The position numbers and the translations under genes are program-made. Source: a virus (taxonomy: Duplodnaviria > Caudoviricetes). From it: a stretch of DNA of 61,085 nt. The notes beneath the pieces were generated by a model. It searched no databases. It was not told the DNA's origin and saw only the letters and a program-made list of their open reading frames with translations. Where the stretch lies: IMG/VR virus record IMGVR_UViG_3300036715_000569, positions 1 to 61,085 of that record, one strand, 5' to 3'. Shown piece after piece: positions 42,382-49,835 of the stretch (its first letter is position 1; every line of letters starts with the position of its first letter).

Positions 42382-42457
42382 GCCGGTGTAGCTCAGTGGT
42401 AGAGCACTTCCCTTGTAAGGAATAGGTCGACAGTTCAATTCTAGTCCATCGGCACCA
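42382..42457 (+). tRNA. tRNA-Thr(TGT)
   Basis: ttcc-ctTGTaa-ggaa; CCA. Confidence 0.85.
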
Positions 42458-42531
42458 AGTTTTTAATTTAGTATATGCTGATAAGGCGCCGTACAGGACA
42501 GACGGAACCCTACTAAGTTAAATTGTATTAT

Positions 42532-42607
42532 CTCTGTAAAGTGTTATCTGGTTGCATGTGCCGTTTGGGGCGGTATGGTGTAGGTTCAAATCCTACTACG
42601 GAGACCA
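42532..42607 (+). tRNA. tRNA-Pro(TGG)
   Basis: gccg-ttTGGgg-cggt; CCA. Confidence 0.8.
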
Positions 42608-42613
42608 AGTTTT

Positions 42614-42732
42614 AAAGGATCCATTCAGCATAACAACTACACTCTTAATGTCGTGGTCGCAGGTTCGAGTCCTGTTCACTGTGTAAACAGTGGTAGCTCA
42701 GTTGGTAGAGCACGTAAAACTGATCCTGATTT
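42614..42732 (+). ncRNA. Scaffolded small RNA copy 3, YrlA/Y-RNA-like with circularly permuted tRNA domain
   Basis: AGGATC/GATCCT stem, CAGCA; aca-ctCTTaa-tgt, T-arm caggTTCGAGTcctg, looped acceptor cactg-tgtaaa-cagtg, D-arm gctcAGTTGGTAgagc. Confidence 0.65.
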
Positions 42733-42785
42733 AATTTTAAAGTATAAAGTTCGGCAGTAAATCGAATTCACTACTTAGTAACAAT

Positions 42786-42859
42786 GCTTCTTTAGGTAAA
42801 TGGTATACCGGGATCTTGATAAGGTCTTATCGATGGTCCGATTCCATCAAGAAGCACCA
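42786..42859 (+). tRNA. tRNA-Ile(GAT)
   Basis: gatc-ttGATaa-ggtc; CCA. Confidence 0.8.
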
Positions 42860-42900
42860 GTAATCAAATATATTTGTCGGGTTCGACGATAAATACTATT

Positions 42901-43704
42901 ATGATAAACTGTCCTAAATGCAACATCTTATTTGATGAACAAGGCAAATGGGGTATTAAACAATTTTGTTCCAGATCCTGTGCAAATAGTCGCGGTCCGC
43001 GATCACAAGCAGTTAAAGATGCGATATCTGCAACATTATCCGGCACGGTCGGTCACACTAATATATATAAAGGATGTGAATTAGTCGAAAGAGAAGATCG
43101 TTTCTGCAAAGAATGTTCTAAAACTTTTAGGATTCTTCCATCTTCGTCACAGATATATTGTTCTAAAGAGTGTCGAACACCACACATAGGCGGATATAGG
43201 CAAGGGTCTGGTAGATCGAAATCCGGATATTATAAAGGAATATATTGTGGATCGACATATGAACTTGCGTGGGTTATATACAGATTAGATCACAATTTAT
43301 CTGTTAAAAGATTTGATGGTTACATTTTATATGGCGATAATAAAAAATATTATCCCGATTTTATTGATAATAATTGTGTTATTGAGATAAAAGGTTGGAC
43401 AACAACTGATACTGATATAATTATAGAACAAAAAATGTTAGCATCGAGTCTAGCAGGTTACAAAGTTATTTTACTGAAAAAAGAAGATTTACAGAAAGAA
43501 TTTTGCTGGATAATAGAGAAATATAATACAAATAAGGTATATACACTATATGATGAATATAGTCCAGTTTTTAACTATGTATGTAATCACTGTAATACAG
43601 AATTTGGCAGAAATCATCGGATAAAAACAGAAAATAAATTTTGTAGCAGGGTTTGCGCAGGATTAAATAATAAAGGTAAGAAGATACAAACTAATATTTC
43701 GTGA
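42901..43704 (+). CDS. Zinc-finger plus PD-(D/E)xK free-standing endonuclease inside the tRNA array
   Basis: FCSRSCAN and YCSKEC fingers; GSTYEL; YYPDF..IEIKGW. Confidence 0.75.
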   Translation: MINCPKCNILFDEQGKWGIKQFCSRSCANSRGPRSQAVKDAISATLSGTVGHTNIYKGCELVEREDRFCKECSKTFRILPSSSQIYCSKECRTPHIGGYRQGSGRSKSGYYKGIYCGSTYELAWVIYRLDHNLSVKRFDGYILYGDNKKYYPDFIDNNCVIEIKGWTTTDTDIIIEQKMLASSLAGYKVILLKKEDLQKEFCWIIEKYNTNKVYTLYDEYSPVFNYVCNHCNTEFGRNHRIKTENKFCSRVCAGLNNKGKKIQTNIS

Positions 43705-43780
43705 TGACGGCTGGTAACTGTCAGTGCCCTTTCAAGGCACCGCTCGTGTAGCTGGGGTTCGATTCCCCCACGAAATACCA
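43696..43780 (+). tRNA. tRNA-Glu(TTC), atypical long variable region
   Basis: gtgcc-ctTTCaa-ggcac; ATTTCGT/ACGAAAT acceptor; CCA. Confidence 0.7.
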
Positions 43781-43789
43781 ATTTTTTTA

Positions 43790-43865
43790 GGGTTCGTAAC
43801 TCAGATGATTAGAGTCCTGCCTCTTAAGCAGAGAGACCCCGGTTTGAATCCGGGCGAACCCACCA
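43790..43865 (+). tRNA. tRNA-Lys(CTT)
   Basis: ctgc-ctCTTaa-gcag; CCA. Confidence 0.85.
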
Positions 43866-43943
43866 ATCATTGTGCTATATGTAGTCACTATGTTATGCTA
43901 TGTATGATGCACCAGGTAGATAGTAGTTTAAAAGGAGTTTATT

Positions 43944-44111
43944 ATGAGAATGAATGACACAAACGATGATGAGAATACAGGTACAGGTACAGGCGCTGAT
44001 ACACCGGTGGGAGCAGATCCATTTACTCCGGTCGATGATAGTCACGCAAATACACGTTATGTAATAATTGCTATAGCTGTATTAGTAATTATTGCTCTTA
44101 TTATATTGTAA
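43944..44111 (+). CDS. Small membrane protein
   Basis: AAGGAG RBS; acidic N-terminus; C-terminal VIIAIAVLVIIALIIL helix. Confidence 0.6.
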   Translation: MRMNDTNDDENTGTGTGADTPVGADPFTPVDDSHANTRYVIIAIAVLVIIALIIL

Positions 44112-44205
44112 GATACAAAAGATAGGTGAGCTAACCTTGTACATGTAAGCTTGCCCGTAAGTCGCGGAGGCCCGACACCGCGTTATAAAATCAGGCGTGA
44201 ACAAT

Positions 44206-44277
44206 GCGGGTTGTTTGTGGAATACGTTTAGCCTTCCAAGCTGAAAGATGCAGGTTCGAACCCTGTAGCCCGCTCCA
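44206..44277 (+). tRNA. tRNA-Gly(TCC)
   Basis: tagc-ctTCCaa-gctg; U73-CCA. Confidence 0.8.
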
Positions 44278-44292
44278 TATCGAAAGTAAACT

Positions 44293-44585
44293 ATGTTTAA
44301 TTTTTTTAAAAAAGAAAATGGGCGTTAGTAAAGAGTTTTAAAGCAACTTTAAATTATGCAGATTATTACATTCATTTATTTGAATCTGAAACAGGTAGTC
44401 GTAAAGCTGAATATATCAAAAATGGTAGTAAGCATCAATTATCTGATTTAAGAACTTTAGAATCATCCGACTTGTATCAATTAAAGGTATATCGATGGTT
44501 GCAAGGTCGAAGGGATCCAGATATCCCGATGTATAGTCAGATAGGTGAAGACGATACAGCAAATTTTTTGAAAGGTAGTATATAG
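44293..44585 (+). pseudogene. Hypothetical gene split by a frameshift at a T7A6 homopolymer tract
   Basis: ATG frame stops after MFNFFKKENGR; -1 frame continues 88 codons from 44319 (WALVKSF...LKGSI). Confidence 0.5.
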
Positions 44586-44599
44586 TAAATAGTTTCTAT

Positions 44600-44678
44600 T
44601 CCGTAGAATTCGAGCATGGTGCACGGACTTGCCTGTTAAGCAATGACTAGTTGGGATCGTTACCCAAATACGGAGCCA
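44600..44678 (+). tRNA. tRNA-Asn(GTT)
   Basis: ttgc-ctGTTaa-gcaa; G73-CCA; atypical T loop. Confidence 0.75.
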
Positions 44679-44705
44679 TAATAATGTAGTAAATAGTTTT
44701 ACAAT

Positions 44706-44779
44706 AGGTCAGTAGTGTAATGGTAGCACACGACACTCCAAACGTCTTAGCGAGGGTTCGATTCCTTCCTGATCTGCCA
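44706..44779 (+). tRNA. tRNA-Trp(CCA)
   Basis: ctCCAaa loop; G73-CCA. Confidence 0.8.
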
Positions 44780-44785
44780 AGTTTT

Positions 44786-44863
44786 GCCAGTATAGCTCCA
44801 ATCGCGTAGAGCAGCAGCCTGAAAAGTTGTGTGTTGTCAGTTCGAGTCTGACTACTGGCACCA
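44786..44863 (+). tRNA. tRNA-Phe(GAA)
   Basis: cagc-ctGAAaa-gttg; CCA. Confidence 0.85.
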
Positions 44864-44877
44864 AAATTTAGAAGTAA

Positions 44878-44905
44878 TTGACATATATGCTAAATAGTGT
44901 ATAAT
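44878..44905 (+). promoter_or_regulatory. sigma70-type internal promoter
   Basis: TTGACA...TATAAT. Confidence 0.65.
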
Positions 44906-45050
44906 TACTGTATTAAGAAGTATTTGCAACAGACGCCACAGCTACCGTCGCTACAATGGCAAGACGGAACTGTTGCAGTAAAATGGTAGTAATCTACAAG
45001 GTCTTGTGCTAAAGTCGTCCGAAGAGTAATGTCGAGGGTGCAATAACAGA

Positions 45051-45127
45051 CGCGGTGTGGAGCAGTGGTCAGCTCGCAAGTCTCATAAGCTTGAGGTCGG
45101 TGGTTCGAATCCACCCATTCGCAACCA
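45051..45127 (+). tRNA. Initiator tRNA-fMet(CAT)
   Basis: CGCGG start with C1:A72 mismatch; ctCATaa loop. Confidence 0.85.
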
Positions 45128-45421
45128 ATTTAGTAATAAGATATATTAGAAGAGGCTAACGAATGCCGATCCCTATCTTATTACTATACAGCTTTGAATC
45201 TGATATACCCCGGAGGCGTGAGCCGCATTTGAACGAACGGGTTCCTATACTAACAGATTCGATCATATTTTTATGTAGTAGCGTAACCAGGAAGCGTGTC
45301 GAACTAGGTAGTTCGAATGTGGGGTTCAAATCCTCCTATCTCTAAAATATGTTTTACAGTTTGAGCATACTATTATCGTTAGACCGGTAACAACGGGAGA
45401 GGTTAGTCACTGCTTAGAAAT

Positions 45422-45498
45422 GCCCCGATGACGGAATTGGTATACGTGTTTGCCTTAGAAGCAAAATCCTGCGAGTTCGAGTCTCGCTTGGGGCACCA
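45422..45498 (+). tRNA. tRNA-Leu(TAG), short variable loop
   Basis: tttgc-ctTAGaa-gcaaa; CCA. Confidence 0.85.
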
Positions 45499-45504
45499 AG
45501 TTTT

Positions 45505-45595
45505 AAAGAATAGTTGCAGCAAACAAACTGGCGGGAAACCGCTGCCAGACTGTTTAGGTAGGTCGCAAAACAATACCTTAAAAACTATTCTGTTT
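45505..45595 (+). ncRNA. Scaffolded small RNA copy 4
   Basis: AGAATAGTT/AACTATTCT stem, CAGCAAAC, internal hairpins. Confidence 0.55.
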
Positions 45596-45602
45596 CGATT
45601 TT

Positions 45603-45719
45603 AAAGCATGATTGCAGCAAACAAACTTATTCCAACCAGCCGCAAGGCACTCTGGAGGCTAGCCCGATGGGGGCAGATGACGTGGGTTCGATTCCCGGCA
45701 AGTCACAACATGCTGTTTT
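45603..45719 (+). ncRNA. Scaffolded small RNA copy 5 (contains T-arm)
   Basis: AGCATG/CATGCT stem, CAGCAAAC, gggTTCGATTccc. Confidence 0.55.
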
Positions 45720-45728
45720 AGTTTCGAT

Positions 45729-45803
45729 GTGGTTAGTGTTGTAATGGTAGCAACCAATCTTGTGACGATTGTAGCGCGGGTTCGATTCCCGTCTTTCCAC
45801 CCA
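45729..45803 (+). tRNA. tRNA-His(GTG)
   Basis: caatc-ttGTGac-gattg; C73-CCA. Confidence 0.75.
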
Positions 45804-45826
45804 ATTTATATAAATACTGTTATAGT

Positions 45827-46012
45827 ATGGAGAGTATTATGCAAAACATAAATGAATTAACATATACTAAAACTGAAGCAGAAGTATGTGCATTTCTGGA
45901 TGAACAAGCTCAGCGAATGAAAAAAAATAGAGCAGAGGTACAGTCCGCACTAATTATGCTTAAAGCAGAATTAAAAGAGAAACAAGGTGCGGATAGACGA
46001 AATAACAAATAG
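45827..46012 (+). CDS. Hypothetical protein
   Basis: ORF downstream of TATAAATA late-promoter motif. Confidence 0.5.
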   Translation: MESIMQNINELTYTKTEAEVCAFLDEQAQRMKKNRAEVQSALIMLKAELKEKQGADRRNNK

Positions 46013-46286
46013 TAATATTTTGTGGGGAAAATTAAAAGGTGCTAATTTTGATACTATACAAGATTATTCAAATATAGTTACTTTGTTAAAAACTTTGACA
46101 CAATTAAACAGTCACTATAGAGTTACTATTTACATGCAAACAATTTTAGATTTTGAAAGCATATTAACTAATTTTATAAACAATGATTACGGTAATTATC
46201 CTAGTTCGCAAGATATGAATAGGTTTAATAATAAATGTAAAAAGATGCTATCAAACATACAATATCTTAAATCTAAATTGCCATGA
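45987..46286 (+). CDS. Hypothetical protein (MRIDEI N-terminus)
   Basis: GTG-start ORF coupled to neighbours. Confidence 0.5.
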   Translation: MRIDEITNSNILWGKLKGANFDTIQDYSNIVTLLKTLTQLNSHYRVTIYMQTILDFESILTNFINNDYGNYPSSQDMNRFNNKCKKMLSNIQYLKSKLP

Positions 46287-46489
46287 TAAAACTTTTTATT
46301 ATTGTTTTTATATTACTGTCCTCGGGTTGTTCGACCTTTGAAGTAATGAAAAAGAATGGTAAAGTTTACATTACAACAGATGTCTTACCGCCCATAACAA
46401 ACGATAAAGGATATGGTGCTGATCCTGGCACACATCATCGAATTATGATAAACGGTAAGATAGAATATAGAATTATTCACACTTTTTAA
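46283..46489 (+). CDS. Putative small lipoprotein
   Basis: Hydrophobic signal and LSSGC lipobox. Confidence 0.55.
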   Translation: MIKLFIIVFILLSSGCSTFEVMKKNGKVYITTDVLPPITNDKGYGADPGTHHRIMINGKIEYRIIHTF

Positions 46490-46490
46490 T

Positions 46491-46566
46491 GGACCGTTGG
46501 CCGAGATGATCAAGGCGCTAGTCTGCAAAACTGGCTATGGTGGATTGTGACCACCACGGTTCTCCA
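46491..46566 (+). tRNA. tRNA-Cys(GCA)
   Basis: ctagt-ctGCAaa-actgg; U73-CCA; atypical T loop. Confidence 0.75.
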
Positions 46567-46615
46567 AACAATGCCAGGTAAACACATACATCTGTATGTG
46601 CTGGCCCCTAACATT

Positions 46616-46692
46616 GCCCACGTAGGCCAATCGGCAGAGTCTACAGTCTCAAACACTGCAAAGTATCGGTTCGAATCCGATCGTGGGTACCA
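46616..46692 (+). tRNA. tRNA-Leu(CAA), short variable loop
   Basis: cagt-ctCAAac-actg; CCA. Confidence 0.8.
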
Positions 46693-46844
46693 TAAACAAA
46701 TATTTACTGATTTTAGTTGACAGCAGTAGCAGTATAATGTATAATTACACTTCGGGCCGCTAAATGCCACGCAAACTAAGAATTTGCAGCAGACTTACAT
46801 CAGGGTCGCGCCCTGAGCGGTCCACCGAACACATAAAGGATAAT

Positions 46845-47045
46845 ATGGCACGTATAACATCAGAAAAAGCAGCAAATATGATCGGCAATAAGTTTGATAT
46901 GATACTAATTGCATCGATTCGTGCTAAAGAATTAAAAAAGGGTCATTTAGCTAAAGTAGTATGCGATAATGGTCCTACAGTAACAGCTATTCGTGAAATT
47001 GAAGAAGGATTCATTGGTCGCGAGTATTTAAATAAGATAAAGTAA
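46845..47045 (+). CDS. rpoZ: RNA polymerase omega subunit homolog
   Basis: MARIT..NKFDMILIASIRAKEL..PTVTAIREIEEG matches the omega pattern; AAGGA RBS. Confidence 0.85.
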   Translation: MARITSEKAANMIGNKFDMILIASIRAKELKKGHLAKVVCDNGPTVTAIREIEEGFIGREYLNKIK

Positions 47046-47053
47046 CAAATAAT

Positions 47054-47128
47054 GCCCGATTAGCTCAGAGGAAGAGCAACACTCTTACAAAGTGAAGGTC
47101 GACGTTTCGAAATCGTCATTGGGTACCA
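47054..47128 (+). tRNA. tRNA-Val(TAC)
   Basis: cact-ctTACaa-agtg; CCA. Confidence 0.85.
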
Positions 47129-47136
47129 AGTAATAC

Positions 47137-47222
47137 GGAAGATGATTTGCACAGGGTGCAACACTGTTTTGAAAGCAGCTGGACTCGAAAGGGTTTGGGT
47201 TCGATACCTACTTCTTCCACCA
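47137..47222 (+). tRNA. tRNA-Ser(TGA)
   Basis: ctgt-ttTGAaa-gcag; long variable arm. Confidence 0.75.
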
Positions 47223-47226
47223 ATAT

Positions 47227-47301
47227 GCGGGCTTAATTCAGCGGTAGAATACCTGGTTGCCAATCAGATTGTCGTGAGTTCGATCCTCACAGTCCGCTCC
47301 A
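47227..47301 (+). tRNA. tRNA-Gly(GCC)
   Basis: ttGCCaa loop; GCG..CGC U CCA. Confidence 0.85.
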
Positions 47302-47307
47302 AGTTTT

Positions 47308-47371
47308 AAAGGATTCTTTCAGCAACTTAAAATTTTAAATTGGTTTTAAAAGACAAAAGGTATCCTGTTTT
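47308..47371 (+). ncRNA. Scaffolded small RNA copy 6
   Basis: AGGAT/ATCCT stem, CAGCAA, ttttaaa/tttaaaa hairpin, CTGTTTT end. Confidence 0.5.
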
Positions 47372-47373
47372 AT

Positions 47374-47449
47374 CGTCTAATGGCAGAGAGGCAAGAGCGC
47401 AATCCTCATAAGATTGAATACAGTGGTTCGAATCCACTTTAGACGACCA
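47374..47449 (+). tRNA. tRNA(CAT), elongator Met or Ile2
   Basis: caatc-ctCATaa-gattg; CCA. Confidence 0.75.
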
Positions 47450-47456
47450 ATAATAA

Positions 47457-47529
47457 CTGCCGTCCAACGGACTTGGTGGCGAGCCTTCGAAGCTTGCTTA
47501 CGGTGATTCGACTTCATCACGGCGGACCA
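47457..47529 (+). tRNA. tRNA-Arg(TCG)
   Basis: gagc-ctTCGaa-gctt; CCA. Confidence 0.7.
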
Positions 47530-47548
47530 GATTAACAGGGAGTAACAA

Positions 47549-47803
47549 ATGAACTATGATATTAAGAGTATGGTAAGAGATGGTAAGAAAGTCACTTTCT
47601 TATTTTACAAACAAAATGAATTATGGTATAAAACAGAATGCGGCTTTGCATTTCCTGTACCGATCAACGATACGGGCGATGGCGTTTTCTTAAGTGAAGA
47701 TAAAGCGATGTTGTTCATGCGTTATATAAGAAAAGAAATTGAAGTAATTAAAGCAGCAAAAATAGAACAATCCTCTGATACAACTGAGTTTGCGCAAACT
47801 TAG
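47549..47803 (+). CDS. Hypothetical phage protein
   Basis: GGGAG RBS; FAFPVPINDTGDGVF..DKAMLFMRYIRK. Confidence 0.7.
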   Translation: MNYDIKSMVRDGKKVTFLFYKQNELWYKTECGFAFPVPINDTGDGVFLSEDKAMLFMRYIRKEIEVIKAAKIEQSSDTTEFAQT

Positions 47804-47854
47804 TGAATAGTGGCAAATGTGTATATCGACATACACTCAGAGGGCCAGTACAGT

Positions 47855-47928
47855 TGGGATATAGTGAAATGATATCACGCGGGATTTTGAATCCTTAGTT
47901 CTTGGTTTGATCCCAAGTATCCCTGCCA
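47855..47928 (+). tRNA. tRNA-Gln(TTG)
   Basis: ggga-ttTTGaa-tcct; G73-CCA. Confidence 0.8.
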
Positions 47929-47942
47929 GTAACAAAGAATAT

Positions 47943-48033
47943 GGAATGCGGGCCGTGCGGTAAAGGCGACACCCTGCTAAGGTGCAAGTTCATGAAAATG
48001 GGCTGCAGAGTTCGACTCTCTGGCATTCCGCCA
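47943..48033 (+). tRNA. tRNA-Ser(GCT)
   Basis: cacc-ctGCTaa-ggtg; long variable arm. Confidence 0.85.
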
Positions 48034-48039
48034 AATAAT

Positions 48040-48115
48040 CCCTGTATAGCTCAATGTTAGTAGCAATCCCCTTTTAAGGGATAGGTTCGGTGTTCAAGTC
48101 ACCGTGCAGGGACCA
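48040..48115 (+). tRNA. tRNA-Lys(TTT)
   Basis: atccc-ctTTTaa-gggat; CCA. Confidence 0.8.
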
Positions 48116-48944
48116 GTAATTTTAATAAATCCGAAATTTTAACTCCATTTTTGTATTCGTCATATGAAATACGGAATATAGTATTTTTGGTATTAGTGGT
48201 AATATATTCGTCACGCAATATGTCGGCAGCTATATGTTTTGGTACAAGATGTTGCTTCCCATCTAATTCGACTATTAAGTTTAGTTTAGGGAAATAGAAA
48301 TCAACAAAATACCATCTGTTAGTGATGTGGTTTCTTATACTATGCTCTGGTATAAAATCTGTGATATTATGTAAACTTAGCCATTGTTCGAATGATTCTT
48401 CCATGTATGATCGTTTATCTCTACGAAAATTACTTCGCTTATTTAAAATAATTCGTTCAGTAATATTATTAGATAATAACACAGATTTACATGTAGCAGA
48501 ACAAGTTTTTATATATTTATTTTTAATTAGATTATTACAGATAACACAAAATGATATCTTGCAATATTTTTGACAACCTTTATTCCATGGTATCTGCCCG
48601 GTCTTAGCAAGTATGCGTGATTGTTGTTTTTCGGGTGACATCATTTTGTTACTGTAATATCCACTACACGACTGCGAACAGAATTTATTGTGCCTGATTT
48701 CGTAATCTAAATTAGTTTGGCAATATTGACATTGATTAGGCGAAGTATTATACTGTGTTATGTTATTTAATTTTTGTTTAATCTGATATGCACCACCTAA
48801 ATGTGCTGATTCTTGTAATTGTTTAGTGTTCTGTTGTTTGCCGTCAGTTGTATGTGATATAAGGTAGTGTGTAAATATACCTTTAGCAGACTTAATTTCT
48901 CTACAGTGTATACAAGAAACTAATGGTGATTTATATGTGGTCAT
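48099..48944 (-). CDS. Zinc-finger plus DUF559/Vsr-like endonuclease (homing-type)
   Basis: FCSQSC; YFVDFYFPKLNLIVELDGKQH..DILRD. Confidence 0.75.
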   Translation of the reverse strand: MTTYKSPLVSCIHCREIKSAKGIFTHYLISHTTDGKQQNTKQLQESAHLGGAYQIKQKLNNITQYNTSPNQCQYCQTNLDYEIRHNKFCSQSCSGYYSNKMMSPEKQQSRILAKTGQIPWNKGCQKYCKISFCVICNNLIKNKYIKTCSATCKSVLLSNNITERIILNKRSNFRRDKRSYMEESFEQWLSLHNITDFIPEHSIRNHITNRWYFVDFYFPKLNLIVELDGKQHLVPKHIAADILRDEYITTNTKNTIFRISYDEYKNGVKISDLLKLLVPAR

Positions 48945-49011
48945 ATATGTATTTATACTACCATCGACGATAACACCGAATTTAAAGAGCCCTACCATAC
49001 AAAGGAAATAT

Positions 49012-49260
49012 ATGTCTTATAGAAAATTAGTAATTAACGAAAAAACATACGAATATGTTATTGGTAAATCCCATACAAGGATTAAGGGTATCGGAGTTTT
49101 TTTAAATAACGATATTGGGTCTAGATATGATATTTTGTGTGAATGTTGCGGAACTCCTTTGTCGGAACTTTATAATGATTTGACAGCGACAGAAAACAGA
49201 GTAACACCGTCGGATATAAAGACTATGATATTAAAAACTATAAGTCCTGTAACATATTAA
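49012..49260 (+). CDS. Hypothetical protein
   Basis: AAGGA RBS; MSYRKLVINEKTYEYVIGK..CECCG. Confidence 0.6.
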   Translation: MSYRKLVINEKTYEYVIGKSHTRIKGIGVFLNNDIGSRYDILCECCGTPLSELYNDLTATENRVTPSDIKTMILKTISPVTY

Positions 49261-49371
49261 AATGCACTGTATGTAAAACAATGCCTAAATTGATACGGAC
49301 GGCACTGATCACGCTGAAATAATCGATTTCGCCTCTAGCAATTACAGTGTATTTTAATATGTAGTATCAAT

Positions 49372-49449
49372 GCCCCTGTAGCCCAATTGGTAGCAGGTAA
49401 CAAGTTTAAGCCTTGTCGAGTGTCGGTTCGAATCCGTCCAGGGGTACCA
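49372..49449 (+). tRNA. tRNA-Leu(TAA), short variable loop
   Basis: acaag-ttTAAgc-cttgt; CCA. Confidence 0.8.
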
Positions 49450-49454
49450 TTTTT

Positions 49455-49566
49455 AAAGAATGTTTACAGCAACACCATCTTAAAGCCAAACCGCGTGACA
49501 GGGTTCGATTCCCTGCTTGTAGTGTATCGGTAGCACAGCGGTCAAAAAAGAAATACATTCTGTTTT
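49455..49566 (+). ncRNA. Scaffolded small RNA copy 7, YrlA-like (T-arm then D-arm)
   Basis: AGAATGT/ACATTCT stem, CAGCAA; accgc/gcggt encloses cagggTTCGATTccctg and gtgtATCGGTAgcac. Confidence 0.6.
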
Positions 49567-49572
49567 ATCTGT

Positions 49573-49647
49573 TGGGAATTTGTCATCTGGTGATGATACT
49601 AGTCTCTGAAACTATTAAGATGCGTTCGATCCGCATATTCCCTGCCA
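49573..49647 (+). tRNA. tRNA-Gln(CTG)
   Basis: tagt-ctCTGaa-acta; G73-CCA. Confidence 0.8.
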
Positions 49648-49652
49648 AATAT

Positions 49653-49727
49653 ATCGCCCTCGTACAGTGGAGAGTACATAACTTTGCGAAAGTTAAAACA
49701 CAAGTTCGATTCTTGTGGGCGGTACCA
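49653..49727 (+). tRNA. tRNA-Arg(GCG)
   Basis: taact-ttGCGaa-agtta; CCA. Confidence 0.75.
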
Positions 49728-49730
49728 ATC

Positions 49731-49772
49731 AAAAAAATACCCCTAATGTTTACGCATTAGGGGTATTTTTTT
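49731..49772 (+). terminator. Terminator closing the tRNA island
   Basis: aaaatacccctaatg-tttacg-cattaggggtatttttt. Confidence 0.85.
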
Positions 49773-49835
49773 GATTAAAATTCATTCGAACAAAATTCGA
49801 TGATAAATACAGTTATATTTTAATCGAGGTACATT

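Noticed and set aside
42476-42510. Hammerhead ribozyme (CTGATAAG)
   Set aside because: Core deviates from CUGANGA and lacks GAAA after stem II.
43696-43780. Selenocysteine/opal tRNA (TCA)
   Set aside because: The 7-nt loop is CT-TTC-AA, so the anticodon is TTC despite the long variable region.
42160-49566. CRISPR or simple terminators as explanation for the scaffold repeats
   Set aside because: Copies are dispersed, vary in sequence with compensatory pairing, and enclose long structured cargo.
43724-49760. ORF-track entries 43724, 44905, 46510, 47060 and 49413
   Set aside because: They overlie tRNA genes and are by-products of tRNA sequence.
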